A DNA stretch of 64,000 nt from positions 8,370,001-8,434,000 of the forward strand of contig CM075979.1 in assembly GCA_038087875.1 (NCBI GenBank). The letters are read 5' to 3'. Below, in pieces: positions 51,539 through 62,739 of the stretch. The DNA is from Malacoraja senta (taxonomy: Eukaryota). A program made the position numbers and the translations under genes. Under the pieces are notes generated by a model, which was given only the letters and a program-made list of their open reading frames with translations, searched no databases and was not told where the DNA came from. The first letter of the stretch is position 1. Each line of letters starts with the position of its first letter.

Positions 51539-52127
51539 CTGCAGAAACAGTGAATATTTTGAAAGTGAAATTTTAAAAAATCAAACGAGAAGTCCTTGGT
51601 TAATGTTTTCTAACATGAAATTAAACTGGAATTATTCAGAGGACATTCACAACACGATTAGTCCTGATGAGGAGAAAGGCAGAAGAGGTGCGAGAGATGC
51701 AAGAAAGGTATCGGAGAAAGTGACGTGGATGGGAAACGACGTGAAAGGATGCGGGAAGTCAGAGAGAATGGACGGGAGAGGGGCTGAGATAAAGTATGAG
51801 GGAAGTTAAATAGTAAAGAGGAAAAGAAGAAAGCAGATGTGAAAAAGAGCATATTAAAGACAAGATATTTAAAGTAAGACCAGAACAAAGGAAGTCAGAT
51901 TCATGGACACATTTAAAGATACAGGGAAATATGACGTTTTTTGATGATTGAAACCAAGTCTTTTTACACAAAGAGTTATTGGGAATAAATAACTGCACTG
52001 ATTAGATGGACTACAGCTTGTTTCATTCAATCTGAAAGTGAATCTTTGAAATTAAGATTTAAATATTTTGTGAAAATCTTCTGGGTGGTAAAATCCAAAT
52101 CGACGGAGTACACAATAGACCACTTAC

Positions 52128-52309
52128 TGAGAATGCATGCCTGTCAATAAGGCTTTGATTATGCCCTTCAGTCTGTCCAGAAAGCCAGAGAGTCCTGATA
52201 TGGCAGCGCCAGTCATGTTGTATATGACTAGCAGCACGGCTGCAATGAGGGTCAACTGATTCAGCTCCTGCTGCATCTCCTTGAAGCGGGATTGGTCCAT
52301 CAGCACAGG
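52128..52309 (-). CDS. TCP11L1: TCP11L1 exon 8, PVLMDQSRFKEMQQEL...LLTGMHS
   Basis: ccttag|CCT...CA|gtaagt. Confidence 0.93.
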
Positions 52310-52419
52310 CTAAGGAAAGAACAAAAAGACAGAAAATCACTCTAAGAGGACAAACTCCTGCTCCTATTTTCTTGTACATTGAACAACTGGTGCATATGGA
52401 GTGAGGAAATGGAGCTCAC

Positions 52420-52595
52420 CTCTGGGAAGAGTCTGCTGGCATGATCCCATTGCAGTAATTTAACATACGCGTGGTTTAACACTGAGGTAGGGCACAATGC
52501 CGATACATCTGTGGCTCCATCAAGCACGGAGCCAGCAGAACTCAGGAGTTCACTTGCTGTCTCTTGCAACCATTCTGCAGCGATCTCCAGGGAAC
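52420..52595 (-). CDS. TCP11L1: TCP11L1 exon 7, SLEIAAEWLQETA...AYVKLLQWDHASRLFPE
   Basis: gctatag|GT...GAG|gtgagc. Confidence 0.93.
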
Positions 52596-52809
52596 CTATA
52601 GCAAAAAAAGAAAATCAAGTCAGTTAAAACAAACTTACTTCAGAAGTAGATGTCTTAATGTAGAATCTTCCGACTTGACATCATTGAGAGTGCTTGCAAT
52701 AGTCCAGTGGCAGAAATGTAAATATTTACCAAGCATTTTGTTGCTCATTGTAAGGGAGAAGGAAATGTTAGTGGGTTCCCATTTGCTTCAATCGCATAAT
52801 CAATCAGGT

Positions 52810-53150
52810 CATTATAGAGTCATACAGCATGGAAACAGGCCCTTTGTCACAACTCATCCATGACAACCAAGATGCCCTATCTAAACTAGTCCCATCTAGC
52901 CGCATTTTGTCCATATCCCTATAAACCTTTCCTATCCATGGACATGTCCAAGTGTGTTTTAAATGGTTTTACTGTACCCGCCTCAACCACTCCTGTCGCA
53001 ATTTATTCCATATACCCATCACCCTCTGAGCGAAAATGTTGCCACTCAGGTTCCTATTAAATGTTTCCCCTCTCACCTTAAACCTATATCTTCTGTTTCT
53101 TGATTCCCCTACCCTGGATAAAAGACCCTGTGCAATCAATTCTCCTCATA
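52810..53150 (-). mobile_element. CR1-family 3' fragment
   Basis: same family as 40620-40920. Confidence 0.6.
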
Positions 53151-53324
53151 TATCACACTCATGTTTATGTGGGTTTACTGTGCTATTTGATTGTACTTCA
53201 AAAGTACTTTCTTGGCCACATCATGCTTTGGGATATTCTGAGGTCAGGAAAAGTCCAATGTTAATGCGATTTCTGCTAAATAATGAAATGCACTGTTTTA
53301 TAAGCCAGGAATGTATAAGGCTTT

Positions 53325-53457
53325 GTGTAGGAAAGAACTGCAGATGCCAGTTTAAATGGAGAATTATACAAAATGCTGGAGTAATTCAGTGGGACAGGCA
53401 GCATCTCTGGAGAGAAGGAAGGGGTAATGTTTTGGGTCGAAACCCTTCTTCAGTCTG
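53325..53457 (-). mobile_element. PLE pLTR fragment with mutated hammerhead
   Basis: minus: ctgaagaagggtttcgacccaaaacatt. Confidence 0.7.
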
Positions 53458-53854
53458 AATTCAAACATGTCAGAGACTCGAACAATCTGATAAATTAATG
53501 ATTTCCCTGCAACAGTGTGACAAAGACAGGCATAGGGCAGTCACACCCTAATCACTGATTTATCCTCCTCCTTCAGATTCTAACTGGCATGGAGACCACG
53601 TTGGGAAAATTCCCAACGGACATGACTTTATTAAATAAAGATAGTTCTACCTAAAAAGGGAGACCACAGTAATAATCATTATCAAATGATCCACCCACAT
53701 TTCCTTTTACTTCCTCTACTTATATGAACAGCATTTATGTTAGTTATTATTTTAGTTTAATAAGTTCCGTTTTTATTAAGTACAAATGATAAGCACAAGA
53801 TCATCGAATAGCCTAGGTAAATCGTTATGCCAAGAAATGACTCTTTACTCTCAC

Positions 53855-53991
53855 CATGCTGCTTGTCAAAGAATTCCTGGAAGCACTTTCGCTCGTAATC
53901 AACAGATTGTTTCATTAAATGTGGTCGGATACTGCTAATGGCAAAATTCACCATGTCGAGCTTCATTAAATCCAGCACAGCAAAAATCTCC
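53855..53991 (-). CDS. TCP11L1: TCP11L1 exon 6, [45 protein letters not shown]
   Basis: ttcacag|G...G|gtgaga. Confidence 0.94.
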
Positions 53992-54939
53992 CTGTGAAAA
54001 CAAAATTCATGATAAACATAACTCATCTTTATCTTTTCAGTCTGCTGCAGTACAGCTCTAGTCTGGGTATCACAACATCATACCTTCATGCACCCAGTTC
54101 AAATCCATCATCATAATTGAAAGAAAAAGCATAGACCATGACATATCATTTTAAAAAAAAGGCACATTTGGACCAAATTATAATCATTTAAAAATAGCTT
54201 TTTTTTTCAAAGTGCATTTGAGTTATTCTGTTCAAAATACACTGACAACATGTGCTTCACGTCCAGGACTGGTCTTTCATTCTGCTTGGAAGCTGTGAGC
54301 TCTCGTTCACTCTGGCTTGAGAGCAGTGTTTGGGTAATGATGTAAAGCTGATGTGGCGAATTGGGAGATGTATTCTGCGTTTCGATTTTGAACTCTTCTA
54401 AAAAGGCATCCGCCACCATTTCCTGACTGATAAACATCACAGAATTGCCACAGCACAGTCGGAAGTGATTCAGCCCATTAAGTCTATTTAGGCTCATTAC
54501 CGACCAGTGTCTCAATCCGTCCTCTTAACCTTGTAGTTTTACATTTAAAAATTATCCAATTCTCTTTCAAGGCCAAAATTACACAGGGTCATGGTCCACT
54601 GTATTCATAGACGATGCACAAGACATCAGAACTGGAAAAGAAAATCTTCACGTAACTTTGCGATCATCTGAAATTCACTTCAAATCAGGTCTTTGGCACC
54701 TTCAATATTGGGATGTTTCCTTCTACTCACACTGCACTCATGGGGATTTTGTCATCTCAATAAAGTCTTTTGTCAACCTTCCCAGTTCCAAAGAGACCAT
54801 ACCAGATTATTTTGGCTACACTCAGAGTTTAAATTTCTCAAACCTAACATCATCTTAGTAAATTTCAATGCTCTCTCCAGGCGATTCACATTGATTGAAT
54901 GATTGAAAGATGCAGCATGGACCATCAATCACACGTTCA

Positions 54940-55157
54940 CACTAATTCTATGTAATCCCATTTTTGCATCCAGTCCCTACACACTCGCCCAATTAATCAA
55001 CAAACTGGATGTGAGGAAAATGAAGCACCTGGAGGAAATACACAAGGTCACAGAGAGAACATGCAAGCTCCACACAGATAGCATTCAAGGTCAGAATCGA
55101 TCTCGGATCTCTGGCGCTGTGAGGCAGCAGATTCACCAGCTGCACCACTGTGCCGCA
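54940..55157 (-). mobile_element. Diverged HE1-type SINE
   Basis: antisense tRNA head (ctgtgaggcagc...gcaccactgtgccgc) and V-domain. Confidence 0.6.
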
Positions 55158-56202
55158 CTATTCCAATCCCTATTTCCCATTCTATCATCCTATTCCAACT
55201 GTGGTTTAACCAATGATTTATAAAAGTTCAACAAAATCTCAATATTAGTACTTATGAACCCCAGCATCTTACATAATTGCTTTCTCTTAACTGCCCTACA
55301 ATGATAAAGACAATTATCTGTATATTAAATAACCACCACACTATCTTAGTAGAATGCTAAAACATTTTATATACAGCTATATTTTATGTATTTACTGCTT
55401 CAAGGTTTCACACGCAGACACGCCCAAGTCTCTTTGTTCCTGTGGTCCCTTTAAAAGTGCAACTTGTAGTTTTATTGTCTCTATTTTCTCTAAGTGACAT
55501 AGTGCACCACTTCACAGTTTTTTGTGTTAAATTTTAGCTGCCATTACACCAGCCTACTTATGTTCTTTTGTGGTCTATTAATACCTCATATTTTGCCATA
55601 CTTCTCAGTCTTGTGTCATTTCCAAGTTTTGAAATCTTTGCCAGGAAATACATTAGTCATTAATACGTATCAAAAGATCCTTGCAATCCCAACTATAACC
55701 AAACACGTGGCCACATTACACAGCTGATAAATTTGTCAGAATTTGTAGGAAATTAAATTTCTCACATTCTGCTACTAACATAGTCAGAGTTTCCGTGTTT
55801 GTGGAGAGAGGGAGGAGAAGGTAGAAATTGCATTGGTGCCATATAACTATGTTGCAAACTCCATTTTAAGTCTACTCATTGTGCTTGTCAAAAAATATAG
55901 TTCTGATGTTTACAGGTTGTTTCACATTTATTTTCTTAAAATTTCTTATTCCGCAATTATTTTGTGACTTGAAATACTTGATCTCATAGCTGTTAGTATC
56001 CCACTCGGGTGCTATTACGAATCCAGAAATAAGACAGAATTTCCCTATATCTCTCACAATCGTATTTATGATTGAAAATTGGTTACTATTAGGGGAGTGA
56101 AAGTGAACAGAGAGGCAAAAGGAATTTTGTACTACATTGCAGTTTTCAATCGGACACCCAGTTGAATAAAACTTAAAATCCATGAGTATGTTTCACATGT
56201 TC

Positions 56203-57251
56203 TTTAGTTTAGTTTAGTTTAGAGATACAGTGCGGAAACAGGCCCTTCGGTCCACCGAGTCCACACCGACCAGCGATCCCCGTACACTTATACTAACACT
56301 ATCCTACACACTTGGGACAATTTTACTGAAGCCAATTAACCTCAAAACTTGTACGTCTTTGGAGTGTGGGAGTAAACCGGAGCATCCGAAGAAAACCACA
56401 CGGTCACAGGGAGAACGTACAAATTCTGTACAGATACCACCCGTAGTCAGGATCGAACCTGAGTCTCTGGTGCTGTTGTTAATCCTGGTCAAATTGGGGA
56501 GGCCAGGACCCTAAAATTGAGTAAAGGTTTCTGGGCTGCTAGGCCATTTGGTCAATTTAAAAGTGCTTTCTGTAGAAATGGGACAAGCTGCAGAGTGGTG
56601 CCAGTTTGTCTAGAGCCTAGATCTAGACAAACTGTAGCAGGAACAATCTAGAGCAGGAAGAGAATGAAACATCTGCAGACCCTGACAATTAGGTGCAAAA
56701 TGCATGGAATGGATTGGATGAATGCAAACCAGACATACACATTGTAAATAATGTTGCAAAGCTTTACGTTGCTGAATGTTGATTGGATTAAATATCGAGC
56801 CTTGTCTGGTTTTCTTGCACATCAGGGCAAATGTTGCGATGTTTGTTTCCTTTGAGAAACACTGTTTGAATACAATGTATTAGCCACTGTATTATTGGGT
56901 TAGGGAAATGTCTGTCATGTATGGGGTTAATCGATATCTGTAATTGGATTGTAAAGAGACCACCCCCACGTGGTTCGGTCCGCTGCCACGAGGTCCCGTG
57001 TCGATCTTCTGGGAGAGCGCCTAGGAGTGTCTCTGTTTGAGCGAGGCCAAGAGGGCTTGATCAGGCAGATACGAAGATCGAACACGCGGTGGTTAGGTAC
57101 AGTAGTGGGAACTGTAATTGTGTTTTGTCAAAATAAAGTTTAGATGCGCAAGTGCTTGACTCAGTGATTTTTGACTGAAACTAGACTGGGGCAAGCTTAG
57201 AACGAGCAATTTACACTGTAAGGCAGCAAATCTACCGCTGCGCCACCATGC
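56203..57251 (-). mobile_element. HE1-type SINE split by a solo LTR
   Basis: (TTTAG)n tail, body and B box at 56203-56476; A-box head at 57216-57251. Confidence 0.85.
56477..57215 (+). mobile_element. Solo LTR (739 bp) of an LTR retroelement/ERV
   Basis: TGTTAAT...ATTTACA termini, 4-bp TSD CTGT, AATAAA at 57132-57137. Confidence 0.8.
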
Positions 57252-57277
57252 ATTAAATTATTAATACATAATCTTGC

Positions 57278-57498
57278 CTGAATAACAGAACCACGTCTAA
57301 GATGTTCCTGATGAGCTTGATGTCTTCATCCCTGATAGGGGCACAGAGAGTCCCCATCATCCCAATAATGAAGTCAGCTAGTTTGGGGATGTTCAATGCA
57401 CCATTCTCAGCCTCCTGCTTGATGAGATCCAGATCCAGAACTTCATTGATTTGGTTCCTCAACCTGGTGTGACCAGGCAGCAAGAATGAGAGTAGAGT
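57278..57498 (-). CDS. TCP11L1: TCP11L1 exon 5, [35 protein letters not shown]...LCAPIRDE...LLF(R); GC donor
   Basis: ttttag|ACT...TTCAG|gcaaga; phase-2 join to exon 6 restores the Arg codon. Confidence 0.9.
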
Positions 57499-59427
57499 CT
57501 AAAAGGTAATGGAGCCGAATCAGAAACTAGATGGAAGCATCCAAAGTATTTATTTGAACACTTTCAAAGTGAATATAACAAAATAGCCTGAAATGTTTTT
57601 AAAAGACATGGGGATACCTTTTCACTGCCAAAACACTGGAATCATATATGTAATAGCTATTTTATCTCAGAATCCACAACTGAAAATTAATAATCATTTG
57701 TATATCATTAAACAAAAGTCCCTGTCGTACTTTTGAACTATAGGAGGATCAAATGAGAATAGGCCATGGATCAGATGGGTCCTGATCTTACGAAACAACA
57801 GAACAGCTTGTGGCTCTGCTTGGTCCCATTCCTTATCTTCTTATTTTAATAATTGAATGGAAAAGCAAGAAAGAATTGGAGAAGGTTACTGAGAAATCTC
57901 AAATGATAATGGATATTTAGAACTGCTGCATACCAAGATTAGTAGTGGTTGCACCAATGGTATTTTAATTATATTGATTCCAATTTTGAAAACTATTTAA
58001 TCCAGCTCCATCTCCCATCCAGTTTTGTATTCACAACACATCATCATGTAAGCAGCTACAATTAATAGAATCCAGAAAGCAGCCTACTGAACTTGTAAAT
58101 CAAATTGAAAATCTCCTCCCTCGTGACAAAGTTTCCTGGTCATGAAAGTTTAACCGGTTCTCTTTGCACGGAGGCTATTTTGCCTGCTGAGTATATCTAG
58201 CTTTTCAGTTTTACTTTGTAGATCATCGTTGTCGATATAAACTGATCTCTGTTCATTCAGTCACAGTTTAGAGATTAAGACTAAACATGCTTTTCCCTTT
58301 TAGTAATGCAATTTTGAAACCAATTGCTTTCTCATGACCAAGCTGAAACTAGGATTGTTCTAATTCTATATCTGGTTATGACAGGCATAACAACATCCAA
58401 TAATCTGTTTATTTTTGTATATTAAGTACAGCCACTTTAATGATGCAGTGAATATAAAACTGGATGGGAGAAGGAGTTGGATTAAGTGGTTTTCAAAACT
58501 GGCCAGGTATTATATGGTATGATAAATTCAAGTTCAATGATTTATAAATGATGTTCACATATATAGTTCTAACAATATTTCAATGTAGGATTATTAGACA
58601 AACTATTGCACAAATTCACAATAATGGTGAAGTGTTGTTTTAGGGTTGTGCCATCTCCTCTATCATCTTTGCTTCCTCTAGGTTTCTCAGGTGTCTGTCT
58701 CCAGAAAGTTGGAGAGGCTGTGTGGGGTGTGCCACGGATATGGGTTATGGCCAATGCACTGGTAGGAATGTGTGGATTATTTGCTGTCTCCCATTTCCAA
58801 GCATTAAACTAGTTACCAGTCAGAAATTGACCCATACACAAGAGGAAGAAGTTCATCACCAATGTCTGATGGTACCGGACAAGCAACCAGCTGACTGAAG
58901 TTCAATTTCCAATGCGGCAAATTGTGGAATCCGGAAATTTAGTTTAGTGGAAACGCCACAAAGGCTACTGGAAGTTTCCAAAAATGCAAGACATCTATTT
59001 ATGGATTATGAGAAACGTAAATCTGCAAATACCACCCCTGCACTCCCTGTGCTTACTGTTCTATGTACAACCTGGCAGATTCATAATGTGAAATGTGTAA
59101 TCCTCTGGAGAAAATGAGCTGTCAGAGGAAGTGGTTGAGGTAGATACAATAGCAAAGACATTTGGACAAGTCATGGTTAGGAAAGGGTTAGAGGGATGTA
59201 GACCAAACCCGGGCAAATGAGATGATCCGAGATGGGGCATTTTGGTTGGCATTGACGAGTTGGGCCGAGGGCCAACGGTATGACTTTATCTGCCCACTAT
59301 CACCACCTCCTCAGGGGGGTAAAGCAACAAGGTTGAACAGGATTTGATATACTAAATACTATTTCTGAACAACTGTTTACAGTATCAAACTGAAATGGTG
59401 CACCATAATCCTGATGTAAAATCTTAC

Positions 59428-59548
59428 CTCTTTAATCTCAGATAGGAGCTTGATTGCATGGTCGTAAACAGGTGGATCCTCATGTAGCTGGGCTTGTAAA
59501 CAATCCCAAAAGGCTTTCTTCATAATATCTTCAATCGTCTTCTCAAAA
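59428..59548 (-). CDS. TCP11L1: TCP11L1 exon 4, FEKTIEDIMKKAFWDCLQAQLHEDPPVYDHAIKLLSEIKE
   Basis: caacag|T...GAG|gtaaga; KAFWD motif. Confidence 0.93.
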
Positions 59549-59553
59549 CTGTT

Positions 59554-59878
59554 GACATGAATATTGATTTCTCTCACTTCAGGTAGCCCCAGCATTCCTT
59601 CTCTCTCTAACCCTCCCTTACCCAAGTCCCACTAGCTTTTCATTTTCACCTTACAAACAGCTAACAATGGCCTGTTTCCTTTATCACCATTACTTTTTTG
59701 CATATCTTTTATTCATTGTTCTTTATCTCTCCACATCATCGTCTATATCTCTCGTTTCCCTTATCCCTAACCAGTCTGAAGAAGGGTCTCGACCCGAAAC
59801 GTCCCCCATTCATTCTCTCCAGAGATGCTGCCTGTCCTGCTGAGTTACTCCAGCTTTTTGTGTCTATCTTCGACATGA
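59554..59878 (+). mobile_element. PLE 3' fragment with intact hammerhead core (59776-59803), flanked by 7-bp TSD GACATGA
   Basis: MNIDFSHFR* + pLTR; GACATGA at 59554-59560 and 59872-59878. Confidence 0.85.
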
Positions 59879-60221
59879 TAGCAACTATTGATTAGTTATA
59901 CAGTCACTCTCAGCTTTAATATATATGCATTTTTTGGTTGTATAAATGCAATTTTGATCCCATACCCTAAATTCGATATTATAGGCTATCTTGGGCAATT
60001 AATTGAGGAAGCTACTCATCTGTCTATCGATTTAGCAGACTTTTATATTTCTTTTTCTATAGAAAGGGTCCATATCTCTTCAATTGTAGGCAGTCTCTCG
60101 GCATCAAGGGAGACTTGGTTCCAAAATGGTTTTGTGACTTCTCAGGTGACTGATGAGACTTAAGTAGGAACCCAGACCAATGCACGAGGGGGGCAGGAGA
60201 TGGGCAGGGCAAGTGGGTAAG

Positions 60222-60340
60222 AAGGAACTGCAGATGTTGTTTTAAACCGTAGACACAAAAACCTGGAGTAACTCAGCGGGACAGGCAGCATCTCTGGAGA
60301 GAAGGAATGGGTTACTTCGAGTCGAGATCCTTCTTCAGAC
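60222..60340 (-). mobile_element. PLE pLTR fragment with damaged hammerhead
   Basis: minus: ctgaagaaggatctcgactcgaagtaa. Confidence 0.65.
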
Positions 60341-60644
60341 AGGGCAAGTGGGTAGATAGACTGAAGTGGCCCGTTCCTTACACCGAATTTCCTGCATGGA
60401 CCCAAGGTTCTCAATACCATGCCAAATGTCTCTTACCTTCTTTGAATGGCCATGGGCCTGACATTCCCAGGGGTCACTCTTTGGAAGAGTGTCTTTACCT
60501 TGGAGAGGCAGCAAGGATAAGTGAACTGAAGATGGGATTGCTCTTCTTAGATTAGAATAGGTTTAATCAAGTTGTTCAACATGATGGGGATTTGATAGAA
60601 CATGAAGGGAAAACTGTTTCCCATGACAAGTAGGTCAGTGACTC

Positions 60645-60846
60645 AGAGGGCGGTGGAGGCGGGTTCTTTGGATGCTTTCAAGAGAGAGCTAGATAGGGCT
60701 CTTAAAAATAGCAGAGTCAGGGGATATAGGGAGAAGGCACGAACGGGGTACTGATTGGAGGTGATCAGCCATGATCACATTGAATGGCGGTGCTGGCTCG
60801 AAGGGCCGAGTGGCCTACTCCTGCACCTATTGTCTATTGTCTATTG
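60645..60846 (+). mobile_element. CR1/HER1 3' tail
   Basis: ends cctgcacctattgtctattgtctattg. Confidence 0.8.
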
Positions 60847-61252
60847 TGACTAAAAGTCATGGATTTAAAATAATTGGGAAATAAATCAGAGGTGAACTTG
60901 GGGAAAACGTTTAAAAACAGAAAGCTTTTCCCAACCAGACAATGGATGAGTTGAGTCAGGTTTCAACATCTCCCGTCACCCAACCCACATGTTTCATGTT
61001 TTAAAAAGAATTATGTAATTATGTCACAGTGACCACAAACAGAAAAGTTCAGTTTGCCCTAAATTAGCCTTCGCCAAGTTTTGTTTAGGAAATAATTGGC
61101 AACTATCATGGAAACCAATTGAAGAATCAAATTCAATAATTTCAAATTCAATAATTTTGGTTGTAACCTAATTGATGTATTAACAAGAACTAAAAATGTG
61201 GAATTACAAAAGCTACAAAATGAACAATTTCTGTTCTTTTGAAAGAAGGTAC

Positions 61253-61385
61253 CTGCTCTCTGGTATATCCCGCTGTTTGATTACGAAACTGTCATCAACC
61301 ACGATCTCATGGGCTAGAGCCATGTTGCAAACCCCTTTTTCTGCCTCAATTAATTCCTCTACTGATACCAGATTGGGGGAAACAG
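61253..61385 (-). CDS. TCP11L1: TCP11L1 exon 3, VSPNLVSVEELIEAEKGVCNMALAHEIVVDDSFVIKQRDIPES
   Basis: ttatag|CT...AG|gtacct; NMALAHEIVV motif. Confidence 0.93.
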
Positions 61386-61961
61386 CTATAATCACAAATA
61401 AAAACAATGATGTCATGACATGTTCATACCTCAATAAAATATATCCTTTACCTTCTTAAAAATATGCAAGATGGTAATTTGTCCCTTAGCTTAAGCTAAC
61501 ATCATTCCTTGGGTTGTGGAATGCAAGGTCAGATTTAACATGACAATCTGAAACAATAATTGGTTATTGAATGCCAGAAATTAGCAGAACAAAGCATTGA
61601 GGCTCTGCTATATTAAACATCTATTCAATTTGTAATTAGATAGACTACTGAAATATTATCAAAAAATCATATATTTCTACCAATCTGTTGATCTCCCACA
61701 GCACAAGAAATTACTTTTAATAAAATGTAACTTCAATATTATAAACATCCTATTTTCATATTTAAATATTGTAAACATTCAATTTTTAACACCCCATTTG
61801 TGGCTTTGGAAGTTTATGGAGCAGTCATTTTTTCAATGCAAACGGAATTATATTTATGCAATGATATAATAACAAGAACAATTTATTCTAATAATACCAG
61901 TTTGCTATTTCATTCCCTTTTGTAATAAGTTTCCATGTAATCTTACTAAATTATGTAATGA

Positions 61962-62270
61962 TTTAGATTAGTTTAGTTGAGTTAAGAGATACAGCACGGA
62001 AACAAGCCCTTTGGCCCACCAAGTCCGCGCCGACCAGTGATCCCTGCACATTAACACTATCTTACACAAATTAGGGACAATTTTCAATTATACCAAGGCA
62101 ATTAGCCTACAATCTACGTCTTTGGAGTGTGGGAGGAAACCGGAGAAAACCCACGCAGGTCACGGAGTGAACGTAAAAACTCTGTACAAACAAGCACCAG
62201 TCATCAGGATCGAACCCAGGTCTCTGTTGCTGTAAGGCAGCAACTCTACCGCTATGCCACCGTGCTGCCC
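61962..62270 (-). mobile_element. HE1-type SINE, full length
   Basis: A/B boxes, V-domain and TTTAG tail on the minus strand. Confidence 0.88.
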
Positions 62271-62435
62271 TTTGATATAACTATTTCTGCGTTGGTAATT
62301 TAGAATTTGCAGAGCAGTTCAAAAAGAGAGGAAAACAAAAATGCTTCATATTAAATACCATCAATGTTCTTCCTTTAATTTCCAACTATAGTCCTAGACT
62401 TGAGCCAAGACCAAGATGTATGAATACAAACTTAC

Positions 62436-62589
62436 AAGGAAGAGTGTTTCCACTGCAGGCGATTTCAGTGCCTGGTCTCATTTGATGATGTAGATTCTCG
62501 GCTTCTGAATCCCTCTGCCCACTATGATGTGTACTCACTGGGTCTTCCGCCCCGTTCCCTTCCTGTGGTTTCTCTGGTTCCAAAGGCAT
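62436..62589 (-). CDS. TCP11L1: TCP11L1 first coding exon (2), MPLEPEKPQEGNGAEDP...GNTLP; exon acceptor at 62636
   Basis: ttttacag|G at 62636, ATG 62589-62587, T|gtaag donor, phase 1 matches exon 3; N-terminus poorly conserved. Confidence 0.8.
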
Positions 62590-62739
62590 GTTTGATGCTC
62601 TTCAAGTATACTTTATGCAGCTTTTTGACTTAGAACCTGTAAAAGACAGCAGCTTGAGCTTTACTGATCATAATTCCTGCTTCACTCTGGGGACTTGTAA
62701 AAAATGGGGATGAATATTCTGCAGCGTGACTAGAGAGCT

